From: a plasmid
Sequence record: NZ_CP020440.2
Reading direction: 5' to 3' (one strand)
DNA length: 64,000 nucleotides
This document shows positions 17,083-26,887 of the stretch, piece by piece. Position 1 is the stretch's first letter; each line of letters starts with the position of its first letter. The translations under genes were made by a program, and so were the position numbers. Under the pieces are notes generated by a model. It saw only the letters and a list, made by a program, of their open reading frames with translations. It did no database searches and was not told the origin of the DNA.

Positions 17083-19508
17083 TCCGCAGCCTCCAGCGTC
17101 AGGTCGGCAAGGGGGGCCCATTTGGGCGTCTCGGCGGGGGTGGACAGGTCGGCCCAGGGGTCGCGGCGATAGATGGACTGGCTGATCTCGAACCGCTCGA
17201 CCAGGGCGCGGCGGTTGTCCATGTCGTCCACGACCTGCGCCTTGATCCAGTCCAGCCCGACCTTGCCCATCCATTTCCAGATGCGGTCCAGATAGCGGGC
17301 GTTTTCGCGGTAAAGCTGTGTCACCGCCAGGATGATCTCGACCGCCTCATCCTCGGAGGGGGTCGAGGCCAGGGCCACGGTTTCCTTGACCTCCATCCCC
17401 GCCGCGCCGCCGATCGAGATGTTGTAGCCGCTGTCCACGCAGACCACGCCGATGTCCTTGCAGGTGGCCTCGGCGCAGTTCCTGGGACAGCCCGAGACGC
17501 CCAGCTTCAGCTTGTGCGGCGTCCAGGACCCCCACATCGCCTTTTCCAGCCGGATGCCCAGGCCGGTGGAATCCTGCGTGCCGACGCGGCAGAACTCCTT
17601 GCCGACGCAGGTCTTGACCGTGCGCAGCCCCTTGGAATAGGCCGCGCCCGACACCATCCCGGCGGCGTTCAGGTCGGCCCACATGTGCGGCAGGTCCTCT
17701 TTCCGCACGCCCAGCAGGTCGATGCGCTGGCCGCCCGTGACCTTGACCATCGGCACGTTGTATTTCTCGGCCGCGTCGGCGATGGCGCGCAGTTCCGCCG
17801 GCGTGGTGACGCCGCCCCACATGCGCGGCACCACCGAATAGGTGCCGTCCTTCTGGATGTTGGCGTGGTTTCTTTCGTTGACGAAACGCGACTGGCGGTC
17901 GTCGCGGTATTCCAGCGGCCATTCCGCCAGCAGGTAATAGTTCAGCGCCGGGCGGCAGGAATGGCATCCGCCGACGGTTTTCCAGCCCAGGTCCTGCATC
18001 ACGGCGGGGATCGACTTCAGCCCCATGGACCGGATCAGGCGGCGCACGTCCTCATGCGTGTGGTCGGTGCATTTGCACATCCCCGCCGGGGCCTCGGCCA
18101 CCGCGCCGCCAAGCGCCAGCGCCATCACCTGTTGCACCAGCCCGGTGCAGGTGCCGCAGGAGGCCGACGCCTTGGTGCAGGTCCGCACCGCCTCAAGCGT
18201 GCAGACCCCGCCCGCCACCGCGTCGAGGATGGTGCCCTTGGAAACGCCGTTGCAGCCGCAGATCTCCGCCTCAGGCGGCAAGGCTGCAACGGCCGCCATA
18301 GGGTCCGGCGCACCACCCCCCTGAAAGGCCGGGCCGAAGATCAGCGTGTCGCGCATCGGCCCGATGTCGGCCCCCTCCTTCATCAGCCCATAGAACCAGT
18401 TGCCGTCGGCCGTGTCGCCATACATGACGACGCCGACAATGCGGTCGTTTTCCAGGACCAGCCGCTTGTAGATGCCGCGCCCCGGATCGCGAAAGACGAT
18501 ATCCTCGCGGCCCGGCGCGTCGGCGAAATCGCCTGCGCTGAACAGGTCGCAGCCGGTGACCTTCAGCTTGGTCGCGGTCTGGACCGGGGCAAAGGCGGCC
18601 GCCTCGCCCATCAGCGTGCGGGCCAGCACCTTGGCCTGGTCGTAAAGCGGCGCGACCAGGCCGAAAAGCTGGCCACGATGTTCGACGCATTCGCCAAGCG
18701 CAAAGATATGCGGGTCGCTGGTGCACATGGCGTCGTCGACGACAATGCCGCGCTCGACCTCAAGATGTGCGTCGGTGGCGATGCGGGTTTCGGGGCGGAT
18801 GCCGACGGCCATGCAGACCAGATCGGCGGGATAGATGGTGCCGTCCTCCAGCAGCACGGCCTCGGCGCGGTCGCGGCCCAGGATCGCCTTGGTCGCGCCC
18901 TTGCAATGCACCGTGATGCCGCGCTTCTCCAGATCGCGCTGCAGCAGATAGCCGGCGGCGGGGTCCAGTTGACGCTCCATCAGGTGGCCCATCAGGTGGA
19001 TGACGGTGACGCGGGCGCCGCGCGCGGCCATGCCTGCCGCAGCCTCAAGGCCCAGGAGCCCGCCGCCGATCACCACTGCGTCCTTGCCTGCAGTCGCCAT
19101 CATGGCCTGCGTATCCTCAAGGTCGCGATAGGCGACCACGCCGGGCAGGTCCTTGCCCGCCACCGGGATGATGAAGGGCGCCGAGCCGGTGGCGATGACC
19201 AGCGCGTCGTATCCGACGCTGGATTTGTTTGAATGCACCACGCGCGCTGCGCGGTCGATGCGGACCACGGCCTCGCCGAAGCGGCAATCGACGCCATGGG
19301 CGGCATACCAGTCGGCGTCATGGGTGACGATCTGTTCATAGGTCTTTTCGCCCGACAGCACCGGCGACAGCATCAGCCGGTTGTAGTTGCCGCGCGGCTC
19401 GGCGTTGAACAGGGTCACGTCCCAGGCGTCGGGGGCTGCATCGAACAGCTGTTCCAGCATCCGGCCCGAGGCCATGCCGGCGCCGATGACGACAAGTTTC
19501 TTCCTCAT
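17079..19508 (-). CDS. nasB: Assimilatory NAD(P)H nitrite reductase large subunit (NirB-like)
   Basis: Start MRKKLVVIGAGMASGR (FAD/NAD Rossmann fold). BFD-like Cys region CGCNGVSKGTI...CGTCTG. Siroheme/4Fe-4S domain (CVGKEFCRVG...GCPRNCAEA). GGAG RBS. Confidence 0.92.
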   Translation of the reverse strand: MRKKLVVIGAGMASGRMLEQLFDAAPDAWDVTLFNAEPRGNYNRLMLSPVLSGEKTYEQIVTHDADWYAAHGVDCRFGEAVVRIDRAARVVHSNKSSVGYDALVIATGSAPFIIPVAGKDLPGVVAYRDLEDTQAMMATAGKDAVVIGGGLLGLEAAAGMAARGARVTVIHLMGHLMERQLDPAAGYLLQRDLEKRGITVHCKGATKAILGRDRAEAVLLEDGTIYPADLVCMAVGIRPETRIATDAHLEVERGIVVDDAMCTSDPHIFALGECVEHRGQLFGLVAPLYDQAKVLARTLMGEAAAFAPVQTATKLKVTGCDLFSAGDFADAPGREDIVFRDPGRGIYKRLVLENDRIVGVVMYGDTADGNWFYGLMKEGADIGPMRDTLIFGPAFQGGGAPDPMAAVAALPPEAEICGCNGVSKGTILDAVAGGVCTLEAVRTCTKASASCGTCTGLVQQVMALALGGAVAEAPAGMCKCTDHTHEDVRRLIRSMGLKSIPAVMQDLGWKTVGGCHSCRPALNYYLLAEWPLEYRDDRQSRFVNERNHANIQKDGTYSVVPRMWGGVTTPAELRAIADAAEKYNVPMVKVTGGQRIDLLGVRKEDLPHMWADLNAAGMVSGAAYSKGLRTVKTCVGKEFCRVGTQDSTGLGIRLEKAMWGSWTPHKLKLGVSGCPRNCAEATCKDIGVVCVDSGYNISIGGAAGMEVKETVALASTPSEDEAVEIILAVTQLYRENARYLDRIWKWMGKVGLDWIKAQVVDDMDNRRALVERFEISQSIYRRDPWADLSTPAETPKWAPLADLTLEAAE

Positions 19509-19521
19509 GGCTTGCTCCTTC

Positions 19522-20730
19522 TCAGGCGGCTTGCAGGGCGGGGGCGGGCAGGCGGCGGATCGAGGCGTGCATCCAGATCGCGCAGGCCGCGACCAGCAGG
19601 AACAGGACCGCGAAACAGCTGGACCACAGCCCGGTCTGGTCCTTGAGCCAGCCAAACAGCAGCGGCAGCACGAAGCCGCCCAGGCCGCCGATCATGCCCA
19701 CGAGCCCGCCGACCGCGCCAACGTTCTGCGGATAATAGGTCGGGATGTGCTTGTAGACGGCGGCCTTGCCGAGGCTCATGAAGAACCCGAGGACGAAGAT
19801 CACCGCCAGGAACAGGCCCACCGGTACGCCCGCGGGTAGCGCTAGGATCGCGGTCGCGGCCAGCGAGACGGCAAAGGTCGCATACATCACCTTGCGCGCG
19901 CCGATCCGATCCGACAGCACGCCGCCATAGGCGCGAAAGATCGAGGCAGGGATGGAGTAGGCCGCGCCGACCATGCCCGCGACCTTGACGTCAAAGCCAT
20001 AGACGCCGATCAGGTAATGCGGCAGCCACAGCGCCAGCGCGACGAAGGCCCCGAAGCTGAAGAAGTAATAGGCCGAAAAGCGCCAGACCTGCAGGTTCTT
20101 CAGCGGCGCGAATTCGGCCCGCAGGCTGCGCAGCGGCGCGCGAGTGCCCCGGCGGGCGGCGGTCACCGGGTCGTCCTTGCTGAAGGCCCAGAACAGCACC
20201 GCCGTCAGTGCCAGCGCGGCGGCCCAGATCTGCGCGGTCGCCTGCCAGCCCCAAGCCAGCATCACGAAGGGGGCGACGAACTTGGTCAGCGCCGCGCCGA
20301 TGTTGCCGACGCCGAAAATGCCAAGCGCGGTGCCCTGCCGCGCGCCCTCGAAAAAGCGCGACACATAAGCCACGCCCACCGCGAAGGACCCGCCCGCCAG
20401 GCCCACACCCAGGGCCGCGACCAGCAACTGGGGATAGGTCTCGGCCCGGCTCAGCAGGAAGGTGGCAAGCGCGGCGGCCAGCATGGTCAGCGTATAGACG
20501 CGCCGCCCGCCCAGCCGGTCGGTGGCGACGCCCAGCACGATGCGGACCAGCGATCCGGTCAGGATGGGCATGCCGGCCAGCAGGCCGAACTGCGTCTCGG
20601 TCAGGTTCAGCTCCCTGCCGATCTGGATGCCTATGATGGAAAAGATCGTCCAGACGGCAAAGCAGATGGTGAAGGCAAAGGTCGACAGGGTCAGCGCGCG
20701 GCTGGAATCGGCGGGGGATGTGGCGGACAT
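19522..20730 (-). CDS. nasA: MFS nitrate/nitrite transporter (NarK/NasA type)
   Basis: Start MSATSPADSS; 12-TM MFS with NarK-like sequence (GVATDRLGGRRV, GGLGGFVLPLLFG). Confidence 0.88.
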   Translation of the reverse strand: MSATSPADSSRALTLSTFAFTICFAVWTIFSIIGIQIGRELNLTETQFGLLAGMPILTGSLVRIVLGVATDRLGGRRVYTLTMLAAALATFLLSRAETYPQLLVAALGVGLAGGSFAVGVAYVSRFFEGARQGTALGIFGVGNIGAALTKFVAPFVMLAWGWQATAQIWAAALALTAVLFWAFSKDDPVTAARRGTRAPLRSLRAEFAPLKNLQVWRFSAYYFFSFGAFVALALWLPHYLIGVYGFDVKVAGMVGAAYSIPASIFRAYGGVLSDRIGARKVMYATFAVSLAATAILALPAGVPVGLFLAVIFVLGFFMSLGKAAVYKHIPTYYPQNVGAVGGLVGMIGGLGGFVLPLLFGWLKDQTGLWSSCFAVLFLLVAACAIWMHASIRRLPAPALQAA

Positions 20731-21006
20731 GGATGCTCCGATGGCGAAACTGGGGGCAGTGGCTGTCGGAAAGCGGCACAAGCGGTCGGGACGCCCCTTG
20801 GGGGTCCTGCGGCGATCCGCAGCGTGACGCTTTCATCGGGAATGCCGCATCGTTGCGAGCGGGCCTGTGGCGCGCCATTGCGCCGGGCCATGTCCCTTGA
20901 TCGCCTGTGCCGGGTGCCATCGCAAGCCTGGGATCCGGCCCAACGCAGGAAAACGGCCTGCCGCGCGAAAATGATGCGGGCGCGGCACCCGTTGCCTGCG
21001 GTTTCG
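20731..21006 (-). promoter_or_regulatory. 276-nt nasS-nasA intergenic leader; the expected site of the nasABGHC promoter and the NasT (ANTAR) antitermination target
   Basis: An unusually long untranslated gap in an otherwise tightly packed cluster. The minus-strand RNA contains a 7-bp perfect stem GCCGCGC-N13-GCGCGGC followed shortly by GUUUUCC. It also has several further short GC stems (e.g. CUGCGG-AUCG-CCGCAG). Confidence 0.5.
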
Positions 21007-22185
21007 TCAGTTTGTGGACGCGGGCGCGGCGGGGTCGAAGGTGAAGCCGTCGAAGAACCCGTCGGCACCCAGAATCATCTGGCCCTTTTCGGCGGCGACC
21101 AGGCGGTCTTGGGGCAGGGCGCCTTCGACCCGGGACGAGGCACCGGGCAGCGCCGCGCCGGCCGGGCGCAGGTGCTGGCGATAAAGGTCGGTGCGGAAAT
21201 GGCCCATCGCCGCCTGCATGGCGGGGCCGGGGTCCAGACCGTGCCGTTGTGCAATGCGGTGGGCGAAGAGGGCCGCGCGGCTTTTCCACGGAAAATTCGC
21301 CGCGCCATCGTGGAACGCGATGAAGTGCGCGTCCTGCCGCATGTCGCCGTCGGGCGTGACCATGAGGCGGCCGGTCAGGCCCCGCTCGGCCAGTTCGGGG
21401 GACAGGTCCAGATAGGCCGGGCGGGACAGGATGTCGGCGGCGGTGCCACGGTTCTGCGCCTCGTCCAGCCAGCGGCAGGCCCGCCAGACGGCGCGCATCA
21501 GGCGGCCGGTGATCTCGGGCCGGCCCTCGGCCAGGTCGCGGCGCATGACCAGCCCCTTTTCCGGGGCCGCCGCCCAGATCGCATTGCCCGGCAACAGCAG
21601 CGCGGCAAGGCCGCGTTCGACCGCGAACGAGGCCCAGGGCTCGCCCACGCAAAAGGCGTCGACCTCGGCCGAGGCGAGGGCGTCGGCCATCATCGGCGGC
21701 GGCACGGTCGTCACGCGCACATCGCCGACGCCGCAGGCGCCCAGCCAATGCGCGATCAGCTCGTGCTGGGTCGAAAAGGCAAAGGGCACCGCCACCCGCA
21801 GCCCCTGGGGCGCGACGGCGCGCAACGCAAGACCGGCGGCACGGGCGTCGTCAAAGGCGAAGTCTTGGCCCCGCGCGCGCAGCCGGGCGGTCAGATCGCG
21901 GCTGACGGCGACCGCCTGGCCCCCCTGCGACAGCACCATCAGCAGGTCCAGCGCCGGCATCCGGGGGCCCAGACCCATGGCCTGCGCGACCGGCATCGGC
22001 GCCAGCATATGCGCGGCATCGACCAGCCCCGCGCCCAGCATGTCGCGGCTTTGCGCCCAGGCGGTCTGGCGCACCAGATCGAGGCCCAGCCCTTCCTCGG
22101 CGGCAAAGCCCAGCTCATGGGCGACGACCAGGGGCGCGGCATCGATCAGCGGCAGATAGCCCAGGCGCAGCGGCGTCAGGTTCAT
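21007..22185 (-). CDS. nasS: Nitrate/nitrite sensor protein, NrtA-like (partner of NasT)
   Basis: 392 aa NMT1/NrtA-like binding-protein fold without a signal peptide (MNLTPLRLGYLPLIDAAPLVVAHELGFAAEEGL...). The start overlaps the nasT stop. Confidence 0.85.
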   Translation of the reverse strand: MNLTPLRLGYLPLIDAAPLVVAHELGFAAEEGLGLDLVRQTAWAQSRDMLGAGLVDAAHMLAPMPVAQAMGLGPRMPALDLLMVLSQGGQAVAVSRDLTARLRARGQDFAFDDARAAGLALRAVAPQGLRVAVPFAFSTQHELIAHWLGACGVGDVRVTTVPPPMMADALASAEVDAFCVGEPWASFAVERGLAALLLPGNAIWAAAPEKGLVMRRDLAEGRPEITGRLMRAVWRACRWLDEAQNRGTAADILSRPAYLDLSPELAERGLTGRLMVTPDGDMRQDAHFIAFHDGAANFPWKSRAALFAHRIAQRHGLDPGPAMQAAMGHFRTDLYRQHLRPAGAALPGASSRVEGALPQDRLVAAEKGQMILGADGFFDGFTFDPAAPASTN

Positions 22186-22766
22186 GTCAGAAGCCCCGCC
22201 GCCATGACCAGCTGCTGGGCGATCTCGGCCACGCGCTTGCCCTGGTCCATCGCGGTCTTGCGCAGCAGGGCATAGGCCGCTTCCTCGTCGATTCCGCGCG
22301 CCTTCATCAGGATCGCCTTGGCGCGGTCGATGATCTTGCGCTCCTCCAGCGCGGTGCGCATCGACGCCAGTTCCGCCCGCATCCGCTGGAACAGGTGAAA
22401 GCGCGCGATGGCGGCGTCCAGGATCGGCTTCAGCCGGTCGGCGCGCAGCCCGTCGACGACATAGGCGGAAATGCCGGCCTCGATCGCGGCGCGGGTCAAC
22501 TGTTCGTCGGACTGGTCCACGAACATGGCGACCGGCCGCTCCATGGGGCCCGAGGCCAGCGCCAGTTCCTCGAGGATGTCGCGCGAGGGGTTCGCAAGGT
22601 CGATCAGCACCACGTCGGGGCGCAGTTCGGCGATGCGGCGCGCCAGGCCGGTTTCGCCCGCGATGATGCGGATGTCGTGATCGCCCGCATCGCGCAAGCC
22701 GGCCATGATCGGTTCGGCCCGGTCCGGGTCTGGTTCGATGATGACGATTGATAGCCGCTTGTCCAT
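22182..22766 (-). CDS. nasT: ANTAR-domain response regulator (transcription antiterminator)
   Basis: Start MDKRLSIVIIEPDPD (receiver domain). C-terminal ANTAR (LEERKIIDRAKAILMKARGIDEEAAYALLRKTAMDQGKRVAEIAQ). Confidence 0.88.
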   Translation of the reverse strand: MDKRLSIVIIEPDPDRAEPIMAGLRDAGDHDIRIIAGETGLARRIAELRPDVVLIDLANPSRDILEELALASGPMERPVAMFVDQSDEQLTRAAIEAGISAYVVDGLRADRLKPILDAAIARFHLFQRMRAELASMRTALEERKIIDRAKAILMKARGIDEEAAYALLRKTAMDQGKRVAEIAQQLVMAAGLLT

Positions 22767-22901
22767 CTGCCTTCCGGGCCGGTGCCTTGCCGGATCAATG
22801 GCAAGCCGCGCGCCGGAATGCATCGCATGGAGGCGCGGTATCGGTGGCTGGGGCGGTGTCTGCCCATGTGCTGGGCAGATCGCGCGCCGGATGCCCGTCC
22901 G

Positions 22902-25544
22902 TCAGGCATCCTCGCGCACGGCGCTGCCCGCGCCGGGCTGGCGGGCAATCAGCCGGGCGGCATCGGCCAGGGGCAGCAGCGGCGGCATCGCGGTGGGCGT
23001 GGCCAGGTAATGCGGGCTCCAGTCCGGATCGAACTTGTCCTTGAAGGCGCGCAGCCCCTCGAACTTGTAGAAGCTGCCGCCGTGGCGAAAGATCAGCGCC
23101 CCGAAGCGGTCCCAGACCCGGCGCGAACGGTTCGGGTCAAGCCCGGCCAGCGGCGCCATGCCCAGCGAAAAGGCCGGATAGCCGCGTTCCTTCAGCGCCA
23201 GCATCAGGGCGGTGAACATGAACTCCATCGTCCCCGAGGGCGCGTCCGAGCGGTGCCGCATCAGGTCGATCGAAGCCATGGCGTGGCGGTCGGTCGTCAT
23301 GATGTTGCCGAATGCGACCAGCCGGCCATCCTGGCGCACCAGCGCCAGGGCCCAGCGATCCAGCCACTCCGGGTCGAAGCGGCCGACCGAAAAGCCCTTC
23401 TCGCGCGATTTCTTGGCCGCCAGCCATTCGTCGGAAATCGCCCGCAGTTCGGCCATCAGGGCGGGGTCGTGCGGCGGCATGGCGATGTCCAGCGTCAGCC
23501 CGTCCCGGCCCGCGCGGGCATAGGTGGTGCGCAGCCGCTTGCGCTGCGGCCCTTCCAGGGTAAAGCGGCGCAGGTTCACGACCGCCTCTTCGCCCATCTT
23601 GTGCAGCGTCATGCCCAGGTCCAGCATCAGCGGCACGGCCTCGGGCCCGACCTCGTAAAAGATCGGCCGGGCGCCGGCGCGGCGGGCGGCATCGACAAAG
23701 CTGTAGGCGACCTCCTCGCAGGCTTCCTCATCGCCCACGGGGGGGCCATAGGCGATCCAGCTGGAGCCCGCGACGCCGAACATCAGGAAAGCGTGCTGGT
23801 TGTCGGACAGCATGATCGCCTTGTCCCCGGTCAGCACGAAGCCCGCGTCGGGGTTCTCGCCCGCCATGGCGATCTGGCCGGCGATTTCCAGCGTGCGCGG
23901 ATCGGGGGGCACGGGGCGAAAGCGCGGGATGCGCAGCAGCAGGAACAGCGAGCCGAGGCCGACCAGCAGCCCCGCCAGCAGGCCCGAGCGCAGCGCGCGC
24001 GGCGCGCGTTCGTCGGCCGCGAACTGCCACCAGAGTTCGTTCGAATAGGGGGTTTCCTTGTGCGAAAAGAACAGCACGAAGCCAAAGCCCACCAGCGCCG
24101 CCACGATCAGGGCGATCCAGCCCGGCGTCAGCGCCGAATGGGTCAGCATCGAGCGGCGGTGAAAGGCGCGGCGGAACGGCATCAGGATCAGCACGAACAG
24201 GACCAGCGCGCCGGCCTGCTGCAGGTCCGCGCCCTCCAGCACGGCAAAGACCGCGCCAGCGAGCATTGCCCCGACCGTCAGCCAGAACGCCCCCAGGCTG
24301 CGCCGCACGACGCCCAGCGACAGCACGATCAGCGCCGCGCCAAGCGCGCTGGACAGCAGCACCGAGCCTTCGACGAAGGCCAGCGGAAAGAAGCTTTCGG
24401 CCAGTTCCGAGGTCTCGGTCATTGGCGGCAGCACGGCCGAGACGCTCATCCACAGGCCCGAACCGAAGACCATGACGGCCAGCAGCAGCGGCGCCAGCGG
24501 CGTCACGGCGCGCAGGGCGGGCTCGATGGCCGCAAGCCCGCGACCCAGGGCCGATGCGGGGCTGCGCCGGCCCAGCACGCGCCAGCCCTCGTAGACGGCA
24601 AGCAGCACCAGGGCCAGGGCAAAGGGCATCAGGTAATAGATCAGCCGGAACAGCAGCAGGGCGGCAGCCACGGTGTCGATGGGCACGCTGGGCGGCATGG
24701 CGGCGATGATGACGCTTTCAAAGACGCCGACGCCGCCTGGAACGTGGCTCAGGACGCCCGCCATGGTGGCGGCGGCAAAGATCGCCAGGAAGGTCGGAAA
24801 GCCGATCCCCGCGTCGGGCAGCAGGACATAAAGCGTCAGCGCCGAAAAGCAGATGTCGCCCAGGCAGATGAACAGCTGCGTGCCCAGCACCGACAGGCCC
24901 GGCGCGTGCAGACGGAACCGGCCGATGCGCAGTTCGCGCCGGGTGATCCCGGCCCAGAGCAACGGCAGGATGACCGCCAGGATCGCCGCCAGCGCGAACA
25001 GCCGGATGCTGGCCTGGGGCAGGGGCAGCAGGGGCCCCAGCGCGCCCGGGTGCATCGCCAGCGCCGTGAAGCCCAGCAGCGAGGCCGCGATCCCGAAGGA
25101 CGCCGCCGTGAAGGTCGAGATCGCCGCGATGTCATAGCCGTCCAGCCCCAGGCCCGAATAGACCCGCCAGCGCACCGCCCCCCCGGTGATCGCCGAAAGT
25201 CCGATGGTGTTGCCAAAGGCATAGGCCATCAGCCCGCCGGTCATCGCGACCGGCAGGGGCAGGGGCTTGCCGATATGGCGCAGTGCCGACCAGTCATAGC
25301 CCGCCAGGAACAGATAGCCCGCAACCGTGGACAGGATCGCAAGCCCCGTCACATGCCAGGGCGTGGCGCGGATCTGGTTCGCGACCTCGTGGATGTTGAC
25401 CGGGGCCAGCAGCTTGTTCAGCGCGTAAAGCCCCGCCGCGAACAGCAGCGAGGCCACGACATAGGGCAGGAACTGCCGCCAGAGCGCGGGCGAGCTCGGG
25501 TCCTCGATCGGGGCAGGCCGCGGGGGCGTGGGCTGGGCGCTCAT
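22902..25544 (-). CDS. mprF: Bifunctional lysylphosphatidylglycerol flippase/synthetase (MprF/LpiA-like)
   Basis: 880 aa. N-terminal polytopic membrane domain plus a C-terminal DUF2156-type aminoacyl-PG synthase domain (...GFSVGRFDPEWLDRW..., FYKFEGLRAFKDKFDPDWSPHYLA). Confidence 0.85.
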   Translation of the reverse strand: MSAQPTPPRPAPIEDPSSPALWRQFLPYVVASLLFAAGLYALNKLLAPVNIHEVANQIRATPWHVTGLAILSTVAGYLFLAGYDWSALRHIGKPLPLPVAMTGGLMAYAFGNTIGLSAITGGAVRWRVYSGLGLDGYDIAAISTFTAASFGIAASLLGFTALAMHPGALGPLLPLPQASIRLFALAAILAVILPLLWAGITRRELRIGRFRLHAPGLSVLGTQLFICLGDICFSALTLYVLLPDAGIGFPTFLAIFAAATMAGVLSHVPGGVGVFESVIIAAMPPSVPIDTVAAALLLFRLIYYLMPFALALVLLAVYEGWRVLGRRSPASALGRGLAAIEPALRAVTPLAPLLLAVMVFGSGLWMSVSAVLPPMTETSELAESFFPLAFVEGSVLLSSALGAALIVLSLGVVRRSLGAFWLTVGAMLAGAVFAVLEGADLQQAGALVLFVLILMPFRRAFHRRSMLTHSALTPGWIALIVAALVGFGFVLFFSHKETPYSNELWWQFAADERAPRALRSGLLAGLLVGLGSLFLLLRIPRFRPVPPDPRTLEIAGQIAMAGENPDAGFVLTGDKAIMLSDNQHAFLMFGVAGSSWIAYGPPVGDEEACEEVAYSFVDAARRAGARPIFYEVGPEAVPLMLDLGMTLHKMGEEAVVNLRRFTLEGPQRKRLRTTYARAGRDGLTLDIAMPPHDPALMAELRAISDEWLAAKKSREKGFSVGRFDPEWLDRWALALVRQDGRLVAFGNIMTTDRHAMASIDLMRHRSDAPSGTMEFMFTALMLALKERGYPAFSLGMAPLAGLDPNRSRRVWDRFGALIFRHGGSFYKFEGLRAFKDKFDPDWSPHYLATPTAMPPLLPLADAARLIARQPGAGSAVREDA

Positions 25545-25726
25545 GGTCTCGTGCTGGAATCGGGGCCGGGTCTGTCGTGTCGGGTCGGATAGGTTCCCGG
25601 CTGCATAGAGCAGCCGGCCGTCGCGGAAAAGTCGATACAGCGGTATGGTAGATCGCGCCGCCTGGGCTTGCCCCGGCGCGCGCCATCCGGCAGGGTCCGG
25701 CGGCCGCGGGCAAGGGGGGGACGACG

Positions 25727-26887
25727 ATGAGCAAGGGACAGGGCATGGACGGACGCAGCCTGCTGCGGGGCCTCGGGCCCGCGATTGCCCCGGGTCGTCC
25801 GGTCGAGGCGCTGCGCGCGGCCCTGGGCGCGGCGCTGGGGCTGGGCGTCTCGGGGTTCTTCATGCTGGCGGGCCGCCTGGACCCGGTGCTGGGGCTTTAT
25901 CTGATCGCGCCCTTCGGGGCCAGCTCGGTCCTGCTGTTCGCGGTCCCGAACAGCCCGCTTGCGCAGCCCTGGTCGGCGCTGGTCGGGAACGGCGCCGCCG
26001 CCGCCGCGGGCGTGCTCGCCTGCATGGTCATTCCCGATCCCCTGGCGCGGGTCGCCGTGTCGGTCGGCGGCGCCATCGCCCTGACCATCATGCTGCGCGC
26101 CGTGCATCCGCCCGCCGGCGCCGTCGCCATGACCGCCGCCCTGAACCCCGAGCCGATCGAGAAGCTGGGCTTCGGCTTCGTGCTGGCGCCGGTGCTGACG
26201 GGAACGCTGATCCTGGTCGGCATGGCGATGATCTATGCCCGGCTGACCGGCCGCCACTATCCGCTGCGCCAGTTCGACGAACCCGGCCCTGCGGGCACCG
26301 CCGACCACCCCGCGCCCGAGCGGCTGGGCCTGGCGCGCGAGGAGCTCGAGGAGATCCTGCGCAACTATCGCCAGTCGCTGAACCTGGGGGTCGAGGACCT
26401 GGCGCGGCTGATCGGCGCGGCCGAGATGCAGGCCGCGGGCCATCGCGCCGACCCCCTGCCGGCCGAGGCCTTCATGTCGCGCGACCTGGTGACCGTCGCC
26501 CCGGAAACCCCGCTGGCCGAGGTGGCCGAACTGTTTCGCGCCCACGGCTTCACCTCGATCCCGGTGGTCGAGGAGGGGGACAAGTATCTGGGCATCATCT
26601 TCCAGATCGACCTGATCCGGCTGGCGGCGCATCCCGGCCCCGGGCTGCGCGCCCGGCTGCTGTCCCAGCCCGAGGCGCTGAGCGCGGGCCAGGTCATGCG
26701 CCGCGACATTCCCCATGCCGCCCCGGAAAGCACCATCGGCGCGCTGCTGCCGCTGCTGTCGGGGCCGGGCGCCCATGCGGTGCCGATCCTGAACCGCGGG
26801 CGCATCCGGGGCATCGTGACGCAGACCGACCTGATCGCGGCCCTGGCCCGGCAGTTGCTGCGGCCCCGCGCCGCGCCGCCCGCCTAA
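25727..26887 (+). CDS. HPP-family membrane protein with tandem CBS domains
   Basis: N-terminal HPP domain (4 TM, AVHPPAGAVAMTAALNPEP) plus two CBS domains (FMSRDLVTVAPETPLAEVAELFRAHGFTSIPVV..., VMRRDIPHAAPESTIGALLPLL...VPILNRGRIRGIVTQTDLI). Confidence 0.8.
   Translation: MSKGQGMDGRSLLRGLGPAIAPGRPVEALRAALGAALGLGVSGFFMLAGRLDPVLGLYLIAPFGASSVLLFAVPNSPLAQPWSALVGNGAAAAAGVLACMVIPDPLARVAVSVGGAIALTIMLRAVHPPAGAVAMTAALNPEPIEKLGFGFVLAPVLTGTLILVGMAMIYARLTGRHYPLRQFDEPGPAGTADHPAPERLGLAREELEEILRNYRQSLNLGVEDLARLIGAAEMQAAGHRADPLPAEAFMSRDLVTVAPETPLAEVAELFRAHGFTSIPVVEEGDKYLGIIFQIDLIRLAAHPGPGLRARLLSQPEALSAGQVMRRDIPHAAPESTIGALLPLLSGPGAHAVPILNRGRIRGIVTQTDLIAALARQLLRPRAAPPA

Noticed and set aside
20017-22275. 752-aa plus-strand ORF across nasA and nasS
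   Set aside because: Antisense to the well-supported nas genes; its composition is low-complexity.
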